Assembly (NCBI GenBank): GCA_012959435.1
Contig: DUDF01000068.1
Location: forward strand, 34,468-98,467
Direction: 5' to 3'
Source: Candidatus Poseidoniales archaeon
GTDB taxonomy: Archaea > Thermoplasmatota > Poseidoniia > Poseidoniales > Thalassarchaeaceae
DNA: 64,000 nt
Below the pieces are notes generated by a model. It worked only from the letters and a program-made list of their open reading frames with translations. It did not search any database and was not told the DNA's origin. How positions within the stretch are numbered: position 1 is the first letter of the stretch; the number at the start of each line of letters is the position of its first letter. A program made the translations under genes and the position numbers. Below, in pieces: positions 35,575-46,390 of the stretch.

Positions 35575-37638
35575 TTACCACCTCGTTACGTTTGGTTGCC
35601 AAGTTGTCTGTTCGTATCCATCATAGCCAGCCATGTTTGCTACTTTAGCAAGAGTTTCTTGGTCATGGATTGTGATTGGAGGCCAACTCCTGATTGGAAG
35701 AATTGGGTCTAGTGCTGATATTTCTTGTCCCGCACTTGCAAGTGCTTTACGCCCTGGGTGTGGGATTGGAGTGGTAGCATCCCAGCAAATTCTGGTACGG
35801 TCAGAATCAAAATGTAAATCTCTGCCAACATCAAATCTAACGGTTAATTGCCAGAGTAATTTTTGGTTTGATCCTGCTGAATGTAATTTCACATCATCAT
35901 CAGTGATAAAAAGCCACCTTAGGTGTTCAGATTCTTCTAATTGCCAAATTGAATTCATCAATTGAAAAATACGTTGTCTTTGAGCCCTACTAGCTTCAAC
36001 TTGTACAGCCCAAGATGATGGGTCAAGAATTGCTTGCATTCCGTTGCTTGGGCTAGGTGTATCATCAATTTTTGTGGTTATGACCATGATTGATGGTCTT
36101 AGGAGAATTGCTTCACTCACCTCATTCATTGCTCTGACTTTAGCACAGAAGTCAACCGAAACCCCTGGTGCATCAACTTGTCCACGGCGCCAATCCGGAG
36201 ATTCATCAAACCCTGTCCCCCTAGGTAACCCAATTCCTCCTTTACGTGGGTCAGAACTTGGTAATGTTGTAGCGTCAATCAGCAATTTATCGTGAATATT
36301 TTCCCATGGTGATGAAGTATCAAGAGTGTCAGCAACCATCCCTGGGATTGTAATTAAATCACTTCGCGGGTCAACCTTTTCATGGAGAACATCAAGGAGT
36401 GCATTCAGGTCTTTTACAGGATGATTTGGATCAACGGCTATGGAAATTTTCGTGAACATCAATTGGCCAGCACCCAATAAACCAAGGCACGTTTTTCTTG
36501 CCTGACGTGGGTACCTTTGTTTTGAAGCAACAATTGCTAAATTGTGGAAACCAGTTTGCAGTGGCACGAACATATCGACAACATCTCTGTGCTGGAAATT
36601 CAAAATTGGCAGGAAAGCGTCGGTAATTGCTTCACCTAGATATCCATCTTCCATTGGTGGAAGTCCAACAATTGTCATTGGGGCGATAGCATCAACTCGA
36701 TGGGTAATGGCTGTCACATGCATCACAGGATAATCTCCTTCTAAACTATACAATCCGAAGTGGTCACCAAACGGTCCTTCGGGTTTGGTTTCTCCCGGAA
36801 CACAATATCCTTCAATTACTATATCTGCTTCTGCTGGAACCCACAAATCTTGAGTGGTTGCCTTAACCAATTTAAGCCTCTGATTTGCTAAGAAAGAGGC
36901 AAACATAAATTCAGAAAGATTGTCAGGAAGTGGTGAAATTGCACTGAAAATTAATTCGGGTGGCCCTCCAAGGCAGATTGCAACAGGGATTTTGTTGACG
37001 GAACCAACACTAGCATCAGCATGGTCTGCGCCGTGTTTGTGCATCTGCCAGTGTAGGCCACATTCAGTTGGGCCATATATTTGTGAGCGATACATGCCAA
37101 GGTTTTGCTCACCACTGATTGGATCTTTCGTAACTACTAATGGTAGGGTGATAAATGGGCCACCATCTTCTGGCCAAGTTTTTGGAATTGGCAGAGTGGT
37201 TAGGTCAGGATTTTCCATCACCACTTGCTGGCAAGCCCCCTTTTTCACTCGTTTCGGGGCCATTCGCAATCCTTGTCGGGCTAGGCTTATTCCTTTCCAT
37301 GGCTTTTTGGAAATGGTTGCAACATCTGGTTTCATCAACTCTACAAGTCGCTTTCCAATAGTTGCTAAATCTTCTACACCCAATGCAGTTTTCACTCGCT
37401 GCCTAGTTCCAAAAAGATTCATCGCTAGTGGAATTGTAGAAATACTCCCATCTTGCAATCTTGGTTGCTCAAAAATCACAGCCTTCCCTTCAGTTTTTAC
37501 TAGGCGGTCAGCAATGCAACCAGCTTCTAATTCAACGTCAACTGGCCTTGAAATGCGAAGCACATCTCCCTGTTCCTCAAGGGCGGCGATAAATTGCTGC
37601 AGATTACTCCATCCCACAGCCCTCGGAGGGGCTCTCAC
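35575..37638 (-). CDS. UbiD-family (prFMN-dependent) decarboxylase with a roughly 200-aa C-terminal extension
   Basis: The N-terminal roughly 490 aa look like UbiD (DGGPFITLPLVVTKDPISGEQNLGMYR, PEGPFGDHFGLY). The gene starts 1 nt upstream of the UbiA gene. GTG start. Confidence 0.88.
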   Translation of the reverse strand: MRAPPRAVGWSNLQQFIAALEEQGDVLRISRPVDVELEAGCIADRLVKTEGKAVIFEQPRLQDGSISTIPLAMNLFGTRQRVKTALGVEDLATIGKRLVELMKPDVATISKKPWKGISLARQGLRMAPKRVKKGACQQVVMENPDLTTLPIPKTWPEDGGPFITLPLVVTKDPISGEQNLGMYRSQIYGPTECGLHWQMHKHGADHADASVGSVNKIPVAICLGGPPELIFSAISPLPDNLSEFMFASFLANQRLKLVKATTQDLWVPAEADIVIEGYCVPGETKPEGPFGDHFGLYSLEGDYPVMHVTAITHRVDAIAPMTIVGLPPMEDGYLGEAITDAFLPILNFQHRDVVDMFVPLQTGFHNLAIVASKQRYPRQARKTCLGLLGAGQLMFTKISIAVDPNHPVKDLNALLDVLHEKVDPRSDLITIPGMVADTLDTSSPWENIHDKLLIDATTLPSSDPRKGGIGLPRGTGFDESPDWRRGQVDAPGVSVDFCAKVRAMNEVSEAILLRPSIMVITTKIDDTPSPSNGMQAILDPSSWAVQVEASRAQRQRIFQLMNSIWQLEESEHLRWLFITDDDVKLHSAGSNQKLLWQLTVRFDVGRDLHFDSDRTRICWDATTPIPHPGRKALASAGQEISALDPILPIRSWPPITIHDQETLAKVANMAGYDGYEQTTWQPNVTRW

Positions 37639-37737
37639 CTAAGAAACATCAAGGGTGGGTATTCAATCAAATTGGCACACATTATTCGTATTCTAGCAAC
37701 CGTGTTATTCATGAAGTGACTCCCCTCATCACAACCC

Positions 37738-38973
37738 ATGGAGGGAGGCGCAACAGAGTGTGACGTCTTGGTCATTGGTGCTGGGCCCGGCGGTGGTGCG
37801 GCGGCTTTGCACAGTGCAAGAGAAGGCCTCAACGTAATCTTAATCGAAGACCATGATGAGATTGGGACTCCAGTACACTGCGGAGAATGCATTTCTGATT
37901 TAGCAATCAATAATTTACAACTTGAACTTCCAGCCTCGGTAATTGCACGTCCTGTGGATGGCATTAGGGTGTTATTTCCTGATGGCACTGCTAAAAAATT
38001 AAGTGAACCGGGATACGTTCTAGAAAAGCATCTGTTTGAACAGTGGTTAGCAGGAGAAGCAGTTGAAGCAGGTGCGCAATTACACCTATCACACAAATTA
38101 ACAGGTTTGGAGCGTCAAGAAATTGATGGTGTTTTCAATGGTTGGCTATGCGAGGGCAAGGGTGATCAATTTCCAATTACAGCTAAGATTGTAATTGATG
38201 CCTCAGGTGTTGCTGGGGTATGCTCAAAACTATTGAAATTGAATCCTCGTCCAGAAGTGATTGCCGGAATGCAATATGAGGTATTAGAAGTTCCAACAGA
38301 TGGTTACTTAGATTTTTATATTTGGCCGAAATATGCTGAAAAGGGTTACCTTTGGATGATTCCAAAGTCAGATGGAAGGGCTAACATTGGGTTAGTAACT
38401 GAGAATAAAAAAGGGGCCGTCAAGGCACTTGACCAATTCATAGAGGATACTGAATTCAAGGGCTTAGAAATGATTAATCCACCATGGCGGAAAGAAGGTA
38501 TGAAACTACGGGGTTTTGGTGGGACGATTCCAATTTCGGGGCCACATGAAGCGACTCATGCTGATGGGATAATGCTTGTTGGTGATGCCGCTGGTTTTAC
38601 TTCACCTCTGTTTGAAGGTGGTTCTCATCTAGCATTGAAATCAGCAGCATTTGCTGCTCAGACAGCCGCTGAAGCGATTGCCGTAGGAGATATATCAGCG
38701 GCTAAGTTAGCTATTTATGCGACTAGGTGGAAGATGGAGTTCCCGCCTTATGAAAAAATACTGAGAGGTAAGACTGCTTTGTATTCACTCAGTGATTCAG
38801 ATATGTCAGTGATGGGCAAATGTTTCCCCGAAGAGATGTCTTCAATGGGAATTTCAGGAAAGGCGATGGTAGGAATTCGTTTACTAGTTAGAAGGCCAAG
38901 TCTATACTTTAAGAAAATAGTTCCAGCGATGTTAGCATTTGGTTACAGCCGTGCTAAATACTACGGATGGTAA
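37738..38973 (+). CDS. Geranylgeranyl reductase-family FAD-dependent oxidoreductase
   Basis: The FAD fold DVLVIGAGPGGGAAALHSAREG, GDAAGFTSPLFEGG and a length of 411 aa are typical of archaeal GGR. Confidence 0.85.
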   Translation: MEGGATECDVLVIGAGPGGGAAALHSAREGLNVILIEDHDEIGTPVHCGECISDLAINNLQLELPASVIARPVDGIRVLFPDGTAKKLSEPGYVLEKHLFEQWLAGEAVEAGAQLHLSHKLTGLERQEIDGVFNGWLCEGKGDQFPITAKIVIDASGVAGVCSKLLKLNPRPEVIAGMQYEVLEVPTDGYLDFYIWPKYAEKGYLWMIPKSDGRANIGLVTENKKGAVKALDQFIEDTEFKGLEMINPPWRKEGMKLRGFGGTIPISGPHEATHADGIMLVGDAAGFTSPLFEGGSHLALKSAAFAAQTAAEAIAVGDISAAKLAIYATRWKMEFPPYEKILRGKTALYSLSDSDMSVMGKCFPEEMSSMGISGKAMVGIRLLVRRPSLYFKKIVPAMLAFGYSRAKYYGW

Positions 38974-39034
38974 TCATACAATCAGCCAGGTCGTGGCCGA
39001 AATTGCCATCAATTGATGGCTACTCGCACAATGC

Positions 39035-41581
39035 GTGCAGTGGCTTCTTTGGTTAGCAATCGCCGTATCCATGGCCGGCATCGCGATACCATGGAAGAAT
39101 CTGTCAACGGAGCAATTATTGTGGATTCCACGTGTCATTACAACAATTCAGGTTTTACCATTTATTGCTCTCAGTTGGCTATTTATCAGTGATTCTACAA
39201 ATTATGATTTAGTCCGACTTTACGGTGGTAGTGAGATGCCAATTGCCTACCGCATCAGTGCAGTTTGGGCTAGTAGAGAAGGCCCAACTCTTCTTTGGGC
39301 TGGCTTATTGGGAATCAGCGGTCTTGCTTTCCAAGGCCTAGGTAAGGGAGATAGTTCAATCCTTTTTCGTAGGTTAGTTAATGGGACAATTCTAACAATT
39401 TTATCTATTGCTCTTATGATGCGACCTTTCAGACTAGCCCAGAGCAGTTGGAGAGGTGAGTTAAACCCACTTTTACAAACCGATTTGATGGTCTTTCATC
39501 CACCACTTGTTTTCCTGTTTTACTCACTTTGTATCGTAGTAATGCTGAAGGCACTAGCCACAGTTCTCAGCAATGATGAAGTTGATGAATCTCAACTTCG
39601 TGAGATGGTAACTCCTCCTGCAAGAGTAGCATTAGCAGTAGGTACGATTGGTGTCGGGCTCGGTGGTCTTTGGGCTTACACAGTGCTTGATTGGGGCGGG
39701 TATTGGGCTTGGGACCCTGTTGAAACTGCATCACTCTTACCTTGGCTCAGTCTCCTTCTCCTGCTTCATTTACGTGTGACCCCTGGTGGTAAAAATAGTG
39801 GTTTTGTTCTTCCTTTAGCAATCCTTCCCGGATGGTTCTCTATTCACGCGACCATGGTCACTAGAGCCAATGGTGTGTGGGCTTCAGTACATGCTTTTGT
39901 GTCAGAAGAAGTTGGGTCTCAGAGTGATTCTGCATTATTGCGAATTATTGACCTACAGAACTCAGGAGTCAGTGGGACTGAGGTCATTACCTACCTCATT
40001 TCGCTAGTAGCAATTTTGGCAATTACCGTGGCTGTGATGGTTAGTCGGCAGGCTAAGATTGATAGTGGTGAAAATATGCAATTCGCGAACAGATTTTCAT
40101 TATGGATGATTTTGGTATTACCATTATCGCGGCTAATTACTGTTGACTTGTTTGGCGCAGAATCAAGCATAATTGAGCAGGTGCCTACATTCATTCTACT
40201 TGTAGCAGTGGCAGCGCCATTATTGGCAATCATGTTACCACCTGAACCTGCTGGTTCGAAATTGTTTTCAGATCGCGAAAAGGCGGTCTCAATGTCTGCT
40301 GTAATCCTACTATCATTATACATTAATGAACCATTAATTGCAACACTTCTCATCTTGTTGATGCTCCTGAAAGCAAGTTCGGATAAAGAGTCAGAAATGA
40401 TTTGGACAGTAGCTGGAATAGTTGTTACCCTAACTTCGGTTTACGCTTATCTCATTGATGTATATGCTGCTGGAATCGGGCTGTTAATCTTCATTTGGCC
40501 ATTATTGATTCAAGATGTTGAAGATGGAGAAGAGCAGACTTTGAAGGAACGTATATTGGAGTTTTCAATTCGGAAAACCCAAATTCGGCTATCTCTATTT
40601 GCGCCGATTGTTATTGGTGGGACATTTTTCACACTAACTTGGATGTTGATGATTGCTAGTGTAGATGGGACTTCATTGGCAATGCATGAGATGTTCGGGG
40701 CCCCACTTATTCTGTTAATCGCTGCTGCTTTGGCAACATATTCGTGGAAAGATACAGTGCCGGAAAAAATGGTCCCCCTTCTTCTATTCGGTTTTATTAT
40801 CATAGGGATTGTTGTAGGTGTATTGCTTGATATCCCTATTGTAGGGGATAGCAGTTCACAATTTAGCGACACAATAAATCGTGGTGAAGTTGCATGGTTG
40901 CTATTGCCTATCTTAATCGTAGCAATCCCTTCAGTAATACGTCTTGCATTTGATCTCTATCAACGAACAGCAAAAGGGTATTCTCCTGCAAAAATGCGCA
41001 GTGCACTTGCCCACACCGCCCACGTAGGAATTCTTTTGTTACTGGTTGGACATATATTCACAACTACACTAATTGACAGAACAGACCCATCTCATCAAGT
41101 AGTCTTGGTGCAAGGGCAACAGGTTTCTCATGAAGGATATCTACTAACTTTTGATGATTGGACAGTACTTTCCCCTGAAGATGCAGAATTCAACGAGCGT
41201 TTTTCGGTTGGTGACGGTTTCCTTGGTGCTAAAATTGACATCTACAATGAGGAGGGTATTTTGTTGGAGAGTGTTAATCCAGGTATGTTAAGGTTTGATG
41301 GGTCAAACAGTTTCCCTCGCAGTGAGGTAGATAGGTATACATCTTTGAGTGGTGATACTGTGTTTATCTTTGATTGGTCGCAAACACAAGCATTAGGCAA
41401 TGCGTCAGGAATTATGGATGGTGATAGCGGCGATATTGGGCTTGATAGGGTACGCCTAACTGTCTATCATCTCTCAGGGAGCCATCTTGTTTGGGCAGGG
41501 TGGCTAATCATTGTCCTCTCCACTTTAGGAATCGCTGTTACCTCTATTCAGCGACCTAGTAGGCCGATTTCATCTATCTGA
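39035..41581 (+). CDS. Cytochrome c maturation heme-handling protein (CcmF / CcsA-ResC family)
   Basis: The Trp-rich WWD-type motif WGGYWAWDPVETASLLPWL is present. The protein is polytopic (848 aa) with a large C-terminal extracytoplasmic region. Confidence 0.8.
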   Translation: MQWLLWLAIAVSMAGIAIPWKNLSTEQLLWIPRVITTIQVLPFIALSWLFISDSTNYDLVRLYGGSEMPIAYRISAVWASREGPTLLWAGLLGISGLAFQGLGKGDSSILFRRLVNGTILTILSIALMMRPFRLAQSSWRGELNPLLQTDLMVFHPPLVFLFYSLCIVVMLKALATVLSNDEVDESQLREMVTPPARVALAVGTIGVGLGGLWAYTVLDWGGYWAWDPVETASLLPWLSLLLLLHLRVTPGGKNSGFVLPLAILPGWFSIHATMVTRANGVWASVHAFVSEEVGSQSDSALLRIIDLQNSGVSGTEVITYLISLVAILAITVAVMVSRQAKIDSGENMQFANRFSLWMILVLPLSRLITVDLFGAESSIIEQVPTFILLVAVAAPLLAIMLPPEPAGSKLFSDREKAVSMSAVILLSLYINEPLIATLLILLMLLKASSDKESEMIWTVAGIVVTLTSVYAYLIDVYAAGIGLLIFIWPLLIQDVEDGEEQTLKERILEFSIRKTQIRLSLFAPIVIGGTFFTLTWMLMIASVDGTSLAMHEMFGAPLILLIAAALATYSWKDTVPEKMVPLLLFGFIIIGIVVGVLLDIPIVGDSSSQFSDTINRGEVAWLLLPILIVAIPSVIRLAFDLYQRTAKGYSPAKMRSALAHTAHVGILLLLVGHIFTTTLIDRTDPSHQVVLVQGQQVSHEGYLLTFDDWTVLSPEDAEFNERFSVGDGFLGAKIDIYNEEGILLESVNPGMLRFDGSNSFPRSEVDRYTSLSGDTVFIFDWSQTQALGNASGIMDGDSGDIGLDRVRLTVYHLSGSHLVWAGWLIIVLSTLGIAVTSIQRPSRPISSI

Positions 41582-41660
41582 TATTGGATAATTTCACCGT
41601 TTCACTCATAAAGGGGGAGTCGGTCGGCGGCTCGCCCCATCAGGGGTTGAAGTGGTATTC

Positions 41661-42410
41661 ATGGAAGAGGGCACGATTGTGTACATAGATTACGACCTGT
41701 TTGAGGTTGATTCAGGAAAATTAATTGAGACCACGCGTGAGGAGACTGCAAAGTCAAATGACGTCCATGAAGAGACACGAAATTATGAACCCCTATGCGT
41801 CACTATCGGTGCGGGAACTTTGATTCCAGGATTTGAAGAGAGCCTTGAAGAAGCTAAGGCTGAAACAGATTATAATATTGAGATTTCAGCAGACAAAGCC
41901 TACGGTGAACGTGACCCTGGTGCTGTTGAAATGTTGGGTCCACAACAATTGGCTCGCCAAGTGAGAGACCCTGATAATTTACAAGTTGGAGGGCCTGTTG
42001 AGATTGGTGGTCGAAAAGGCACCCTAGTCATGTTCCGTGCTGGCCGTGCACGAATTGATTTCAACCATGAGTTAGCAGGCAAATCACTTCGTTACAATTA
42101 CCGAATTACCAAGGTTGTTGAAGAGAAGGATGAGATGGTAATGACTCTTCTAAAGATGTCAACAGGGTCTGATGACTTCGAGGTAGAGTTTGACGGAGAC
42201 GATGTATCCATCACAATTCCAGAGTTCCTTGGATATGACCAATCATGGGGTATGGCAAAGTTCCAACTCATTCGTTCACTACGTGACACTGTTGGTGCTA
42301 AAACAATCGTCTTTAGAGATGTGCATCAATTTAGAGAGGCCGCAGAAGAAGAAGAAGAAGAGCACGTTCACGATGAAAACTGTGACCATGATCACGACGA
42401 AGAAGAGTGA
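41661..42410 (+). CDS. FKBP-type peptidyl-prolyl isomerase (SlyD-like) with an acidic/His/Cys tail
   Basis: IGAGTLIPGFEESLEEAK and AYGERDP are present, with an IF-like insert. The tail is EEEEEEHVHDENCDHDHDEEE. I prefer ATG 41661 over GTG 41652. Confidence 0.85.
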   Translation: MEEGTIVYIDYDLFEVDSGKLIETTREETAKSNDVHEETRNYEPLCVTIGAGTLIPGFEESLEEAKAETDYNIEISADKAYGERDPGAVEMLGPQQLARQVRDPDNLQVGGPVEIGGRKGTLVMFRAGRARIDFNHELAGKSLRYNYRITKVVEEKDEMVMTLLKMSTGSDDFEVEFDGDDVSITIPEFLGYDQSWGMAKFQLIRSLRDTVGAKTIVFRDVHQFREAAEEEEEEHVHDENCDHDHDEEE

Positions 42411-42442
42411 ACCTCTTTTGATAGAGCCTACTCGGCGGTGCA

Positions 42443-43843
42443 ATGAGCACTGATGTGGATGAATCAGAATCTTCTGGAGATGCTGATTTGACTGATGAAG
42501 TAAAAGTTGACACAAATGAGAAAGAGCCATCTTCAAAAGTTAGTTTCCCTCGTCCATTACCTGATTCTGAGTTTGCTAAACACGAGTTAGTAGCATTCAC
42601 CATAATTGGGCTGGGGATGGCGTTACCTGGGATCGCTTATCTGCTAGGACTTTTCACTGACGTGTGGGTATTATGGGACATTGTTGACTTGAACATCGTG
42701 CAACCGATTATTGGTGAAGGTGATGGTGATTCAAGTTACAACCCAGTTGATACAGCCGCGTATGGGATTCTTCTAGTATCTTTCATCGTCAGTCTATCCG
42801 CATTATTACGAAAGTGGGGTATTTCAAGTGAAGACAGAATGCTTTACTCATTGCTGCCTTGGGTATTATGGGCCGTATTAGTTGAAGTGCATGAGGATGC
42901 AGGACTTTTCGCAGATAATGTTGATTCTTGGTTTGTTTCTCCCATTATCCATTTTCAAACAGCTGGTTGGATTTTACTTATTGGAATGTTTGTTCCAATT
43001 TTGAAGGAGATGGAATCCAGTCCTGAAAAGGATAAGTTTCTCACATTTTTGCCATTGATTGTAGTGGTAGTTAGCCACTTGATTCTATTTTACGAATTTT
43101 CAGTTACAGGCAATATTGCTGTAGTACTAGTGATTCCTGGATTCTTTTGGTTTTTCTTTGAAGTTGAAGAATTCAGTTGGAATAACTGGTTCAATGATTG
43201 GAATCAACTAGAGCGCTCTTTACTCTATGCTGGAATCGGTGCTTGTATCTTGAATGCGGTTAGTTTGATGGGATTCGTCCAAATCCAGTTAGTTGCTGGA
43301 GAATTAACGGTTTGGCCAGCATTTGTGATACTTGGTGGCCCACTCATTATCGTAATGATTCTACGCCATCGAGGCTTGGATTCCTTTAGGGATTTGATTA
43401 GCAAAGGAATAACACCTGGTATGCTAGATGAGGGGATGACTCTCCAAGAGTGGGAAAGTCTCGAAGGCAAAGAGTTTGAAGAAAATGAAAAGTTTGTCAA
43501 GCAGGCGGCTTTTGCAACCCCCATTGTATTGATGGCAGTTTATGGTCAACTTGTAGATGGTTTTGCATCATGGTTGGGGGTTGATGTTTTTGGATATTCT
43601 GAAAAGCATGTCCTGTCAACTTTGGTAATGCGTTTAGCAGGTGGCGATGAAGGTGGTTCTGGAGGTGGCTGGGGATTTTTTGTGGTGAAAATGGCCTTGG
43701 CTTTGGTGGTTATCATGTTCTTTGCTGAGTGGCGATGGGAAAAACGCCAATCTCATCTTCGATTATTGGTTGTCCTCGGACTTTTAACTGTGGGGCTCGC
43801 TCCGGGCCTTAGGGACCTAGGACGGCTCATGTTGGGTGTTTGA
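42443..43843 (+). CDS. Polytopic membrane protein; the C-terminal part is DUF63-like (archaeal membrane protein family)
   Basis: There are about 9 TM segments. [26 protein letters not shown] resembles the conserved DUF63 core as I recall it. The N-terminus is acidic. Function unknown. Confidence 0.5.
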   Translation: MSTDVDESESSGDADLTDEVKVDTNEKEPSSKVSFPRPLPDSEFAKHELVAFTIIGLGMALPGIAYLLGLFTDVWVLWDIVDLNIVQPIIGEGDGDSSYNPVDTAAYGILLVSFIVSLSALLRKWGISSEDRMLYSLLPWVLWAVLVEVHEDAGLFADNVDSWFVSPIIHFQTAGWILLIGMFVPILKEMESSPEKDKFLTFLPLIVVVVSHLILFYEFSVTGNIAVVLVIPGFFWFFFEVEEFSWNNWFNDWNQLERSLLYAGIGACILNAVSLMGFVQIQLVAGELTVWPAFVILGGPLIIVMILRHRGLDSFRDLISKGITPGMLDEGMTLQEWESLEGKEFEENEKFVKQAAFATPIVLMAVYGQLVDGFASWLGVDVFGYSEKHVLSTLVMRLAGGDEGGSGGGWGFFVVKMALALVVIMFFAEWRWEKRQSHLRLLVVLGLLTVGLAPGLRDLGRLMLGV

Positions 43844-43890
43844 AGCCGCACCGTTCAAACACCTGTTTGATTCCGACCCTATGGGTCGAC

Positions 43891-45501
43891 ATGGATAGAC
43901 TACCTTCTTCGGTGCGAACTAGCGACAAACAATACGCCACAAATTCAGAACATAATCAAGCCATTGTGGTGGCAATGGAGGGTCGTATGGATGCTGTGGT
44001 GGACGGAGGTGGTGGGAAATATGTTGAACGTCATCGCAGCCGAGGAAAAATGTTGCCTAGAGAGCGAATTGAAGCCATTTGTGACCCTGGTACCGCTTTT
44101 CTAGAATTGAGTAAATTAGCAGCAAACGGTCTCTATGATGGCAACGCCCACAGCGCTGGGATCATTACTGGAATCGGAATGGTTCATGGTCGTGAATGTA
44201 TGTTCGTAGCCAATGATGCAACTGTGAAAGGCGGCTCATACTATCCAATGACTGTTAAAAAACACATTCGTGCCCAAAGTATTGCTGAAGAGAATGGTTT
44301 GCCTTGTATCTATTTAGTAGATTCTGGTGGTGCGTTTTTACCATTACAGGACGAGGTTTTCCCTGACCGAGAACACTTCGGCAGAATATTCCACAATCAA
44401 GCAGTAATGAGTGGTAAAGGTATACCTCAGATTTCTGCAGTCCTTGGTTCATGTACTGCAGGAGGTGCCTATGTACCTGCTATGAGTGATGAATCAATTA
44501 TTGTCAAAGGCAATGGGACCATTTTTCTTGCTGGTCCTCCACTTGTGAAGGCAGCTACAGGGGAGGAGGTGACAGCCGAAGCATTAGGCGGGGCAGAAGT
44601 CCATACGGTAGAATCAGGAGTTGCTGACCATTTTGCAGAAGATGAGCCAGAAGCCCTAAGAATAGTTCGTAACATTGTAGAGAATCTTCCTGCACCTTAC
44701 AAAGTTGCGTTAGATGTAGCAACTCCTGAACCACCACATTACGATCCTGAAGAGTTATTGGGAATAATTCCTGAAGATAACAGAATGCCATATGATGTTA
44801 GAGAAGTGATTGCAAGAATCACCGACGGTTCTCGTTTCCACGAGTTCAAGGCTCGTTATGGTACCACGATTGTTTGTGGATTTGCTCGAATTCACGGTTA
44901 TCCAGTTGGTATAGTTGCTAACAACGGAATCCTATTTTCAGAATCAGCACTCAAAGCCACTCACTTCATTGAATTGTGTGGTCAGCGAGGCACTCCGCTT
45001 GTATTTTTACAGAACATCACTGGATTCATGGTTGGAAGTGAATATGAGGCTGGTGGAATTGCTAAAGATGGAGCAAAAATGGTTACTGCAGTTGCTTGTG
45101 CGCCAGTGCCAAAGTTCACAGTAATTATCGGCGGTTCTCATGGCGCTGGGAATTATGCTATGTGTGGCAGAGGATATGACCCGCGATTCCTTTTCATGTG
45201 GCCCAATTCTAGGATATCAGTAATGGGTGGGCCTCAGGCAGCAAGTGTGTTGACTACCGTGAAGCAGGACCAACGAGCGCGTGAGGGTCAGGCACCAATG
45301 GATGGTGCTGAGTTAGATGACTTCCAAAAACCGATTCTAGAGAGGTATGAAACCGAAGGCTCCCCATACTATGCCACTGCCCGATTGTGGGATGATGGAA
45401 TCATCGACCCAAGAGATACTAGAGATGTACTGGGGTTGAGTATTTCTGCTGCACTGAATGGCCCATTCCCCGATTCAGAATATGGCATTTTCAGAATGTG
45501 A
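43891..45501 (+). CDS. Acyl-CoA carboxylase carboxyltransferase subunit, methylcrotonyl-CoA carboxylase beta-like
   Basis: [29 protein letters not shown] and the overall carboxyltransferase pattern resemble MccB/LiuB. I prefer the start at ATG 43891. Confidence 0.9.
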   Translation: MDRLPSSVRTSDKQYATNSEHNQAIVVAMEGRMDAVVDGGGGKYVERHRSRGKMLPRERIEAICDPGTAFLELSKLAANGLYDGNAHSAGIITGIGMVHGRECMFVANDATVKGGSYYPMTVKKHIRAQSIAEENGLPCIYLVDSGGAFLPLQDEVFPDREHFGRIFHNQAVMSGKGIPQISAVLGSCTAGGAYVPAMSDESIIVKGNGTIFLAGPPLVKAATGEEVTAEALGGAEVHTVESGVADHFAEDEPEALRIVRNIVENLPAPYKVALDVATPEPPHYDPEELLGIIPEDNRMPYDVREVIARITDGSRFHEFKARYGTTIVCGFARIHGYPVGIVANNGILFSESALKATHFIELCGQRGTPLVFLQNITGFMVGSEYEAGGIAKDGAKMVTAVACAPVPKFTVIIGGSHGAGNYAMCGRGYDPRFLFMWPNSRISVMGGPQAASVLTTVKQDQRAREGQAPMDGAELDDFQKPILERYETEGSPYYATARLWDDGIIDPRDTRDVLGLSISAALNGPFPDSEYGIFRM

Positions 45502-45514
45502 AGGAGCAATTGCA

Positions 45515-46384
45515 ATGAATGATTTTTCAATTGGAGAATTGATGCCAGAAACTGGCCTGTGCACCCTCAATATTGACGGTTCAGTGGGATATCTGACGTT
45601 ACAACGTGAGGATGTATTCAATGCCTTAAGTCCAGAATTGATTGGAGAATTATGTGATTTACTTGATTGGAGTAAAGAACGCTCAGTAAGTGAGCGTGGT
45701 CAATTGAAGGATAGCAATGGTGAGCCGTATCTTAGAGTAATTGTATTGACTGGTAGTGGCAAACATTTCTGCGCAGGCGCGGATATTGGTTGGATGCAGG
45801 CATCAGGGGCTCAAACATCTGAACAAAATCGCAATGATGCGGGGCGTCTTGATAGATTATTCAACACCCTCTGGTCACACCCATGTTTCACTATCGGTGC
45901 GGTACAGGGTGTCGCTCTAGGAGGCGGGGCTGGTCTAATTGCTTGCCTTGATCACGTGATTGGGGAGAGCAAAACAAATATTGCATTATCTGAAGGTAAA
46001 CTAGGAATTTTACCAGCAGTCATTGGTCCCTATGTATATCGCAGGCTTGGTAGTGCTCAAACTCGCCGTCTCGCAATGTTGGCAAAACGCATTGGAGTTG
46101 AGGAGGCTTTACGAATCGGAATGATTGATGAGCAGGTGGAATCTCCTGAACAATTTAGTGAGGCGATTCAAGGCGTGGTGACAGAAGTGTTGACCACAGG
46201 CCCTTCTGCCGTAGGGGAAGCGAAACGTTTGGTATTACAGTTTGACCGTTGGGATGGTACTGATGAGGAACTACGCCAGTGGACGTTAGATAAGACCTCG
46301 GAGATGCGTGGTTCTTCAGAAGGTCAGGAAGGCCTGTCGTCATTCATTGAACGGCGCCCTCCATCATGGAACAGTGAGGATTGA
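45515..46384 (+). CDS. Enoyl-CoA hydratase (crotonase family), probable methylglutaconyl-CoA hydratase
   Basis: The oxyanion-hole motifs GSGKHFCAGADI and GVALGGGAGL are present. AAGGAG lies 8 nt upstream of ATG 45515. The gene sits between MCC subunit genes, as in liu clusters. Confidence 0.88.
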   Translation: MNDFSIGELMPETGLCTLNIDGSVGYLTLQREDVFNALSPELIGELCDLLDWSKERSVSERGQLKDSNGEPYLRVIVLTGSGKHFCAGADIGWMQASGAQTSEQNRNDAGRLDRLFNTLWSHPCFTIGAVQGVALGGGAGLIACLDHVIGESKTNIALSEGKLGILPAVIGPYVYRRLGSAQTRRLAMLAKRIGVEEALRIGMIDEQVESPEQFSEAIQGVVTEVLTTGPSAVGEAKRLVLQFDRWDGTDEELRQWTLDKTSEMRGSSEGQEGLSSFIERRPPSWNSED

Positions 46385-46390
46385 GCAACA

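Noticed and set aside
36920-37642. 240-aa plus-strand ORF antisense to UbiD, and the 153-aa ORF 37635..38096 antisense to GGR
   Set aside because: These are shadow ORFs of strongly supported CDSs, with no recognisable motifs.
42190-42603. Several 85-90-aa ORFs on both strands around the FKBP 3' end and the DUF63 5' end
   Set aside because: They are generated by the (GAA)n run encoding the poly-Glu tail and overlap better-supported genes.
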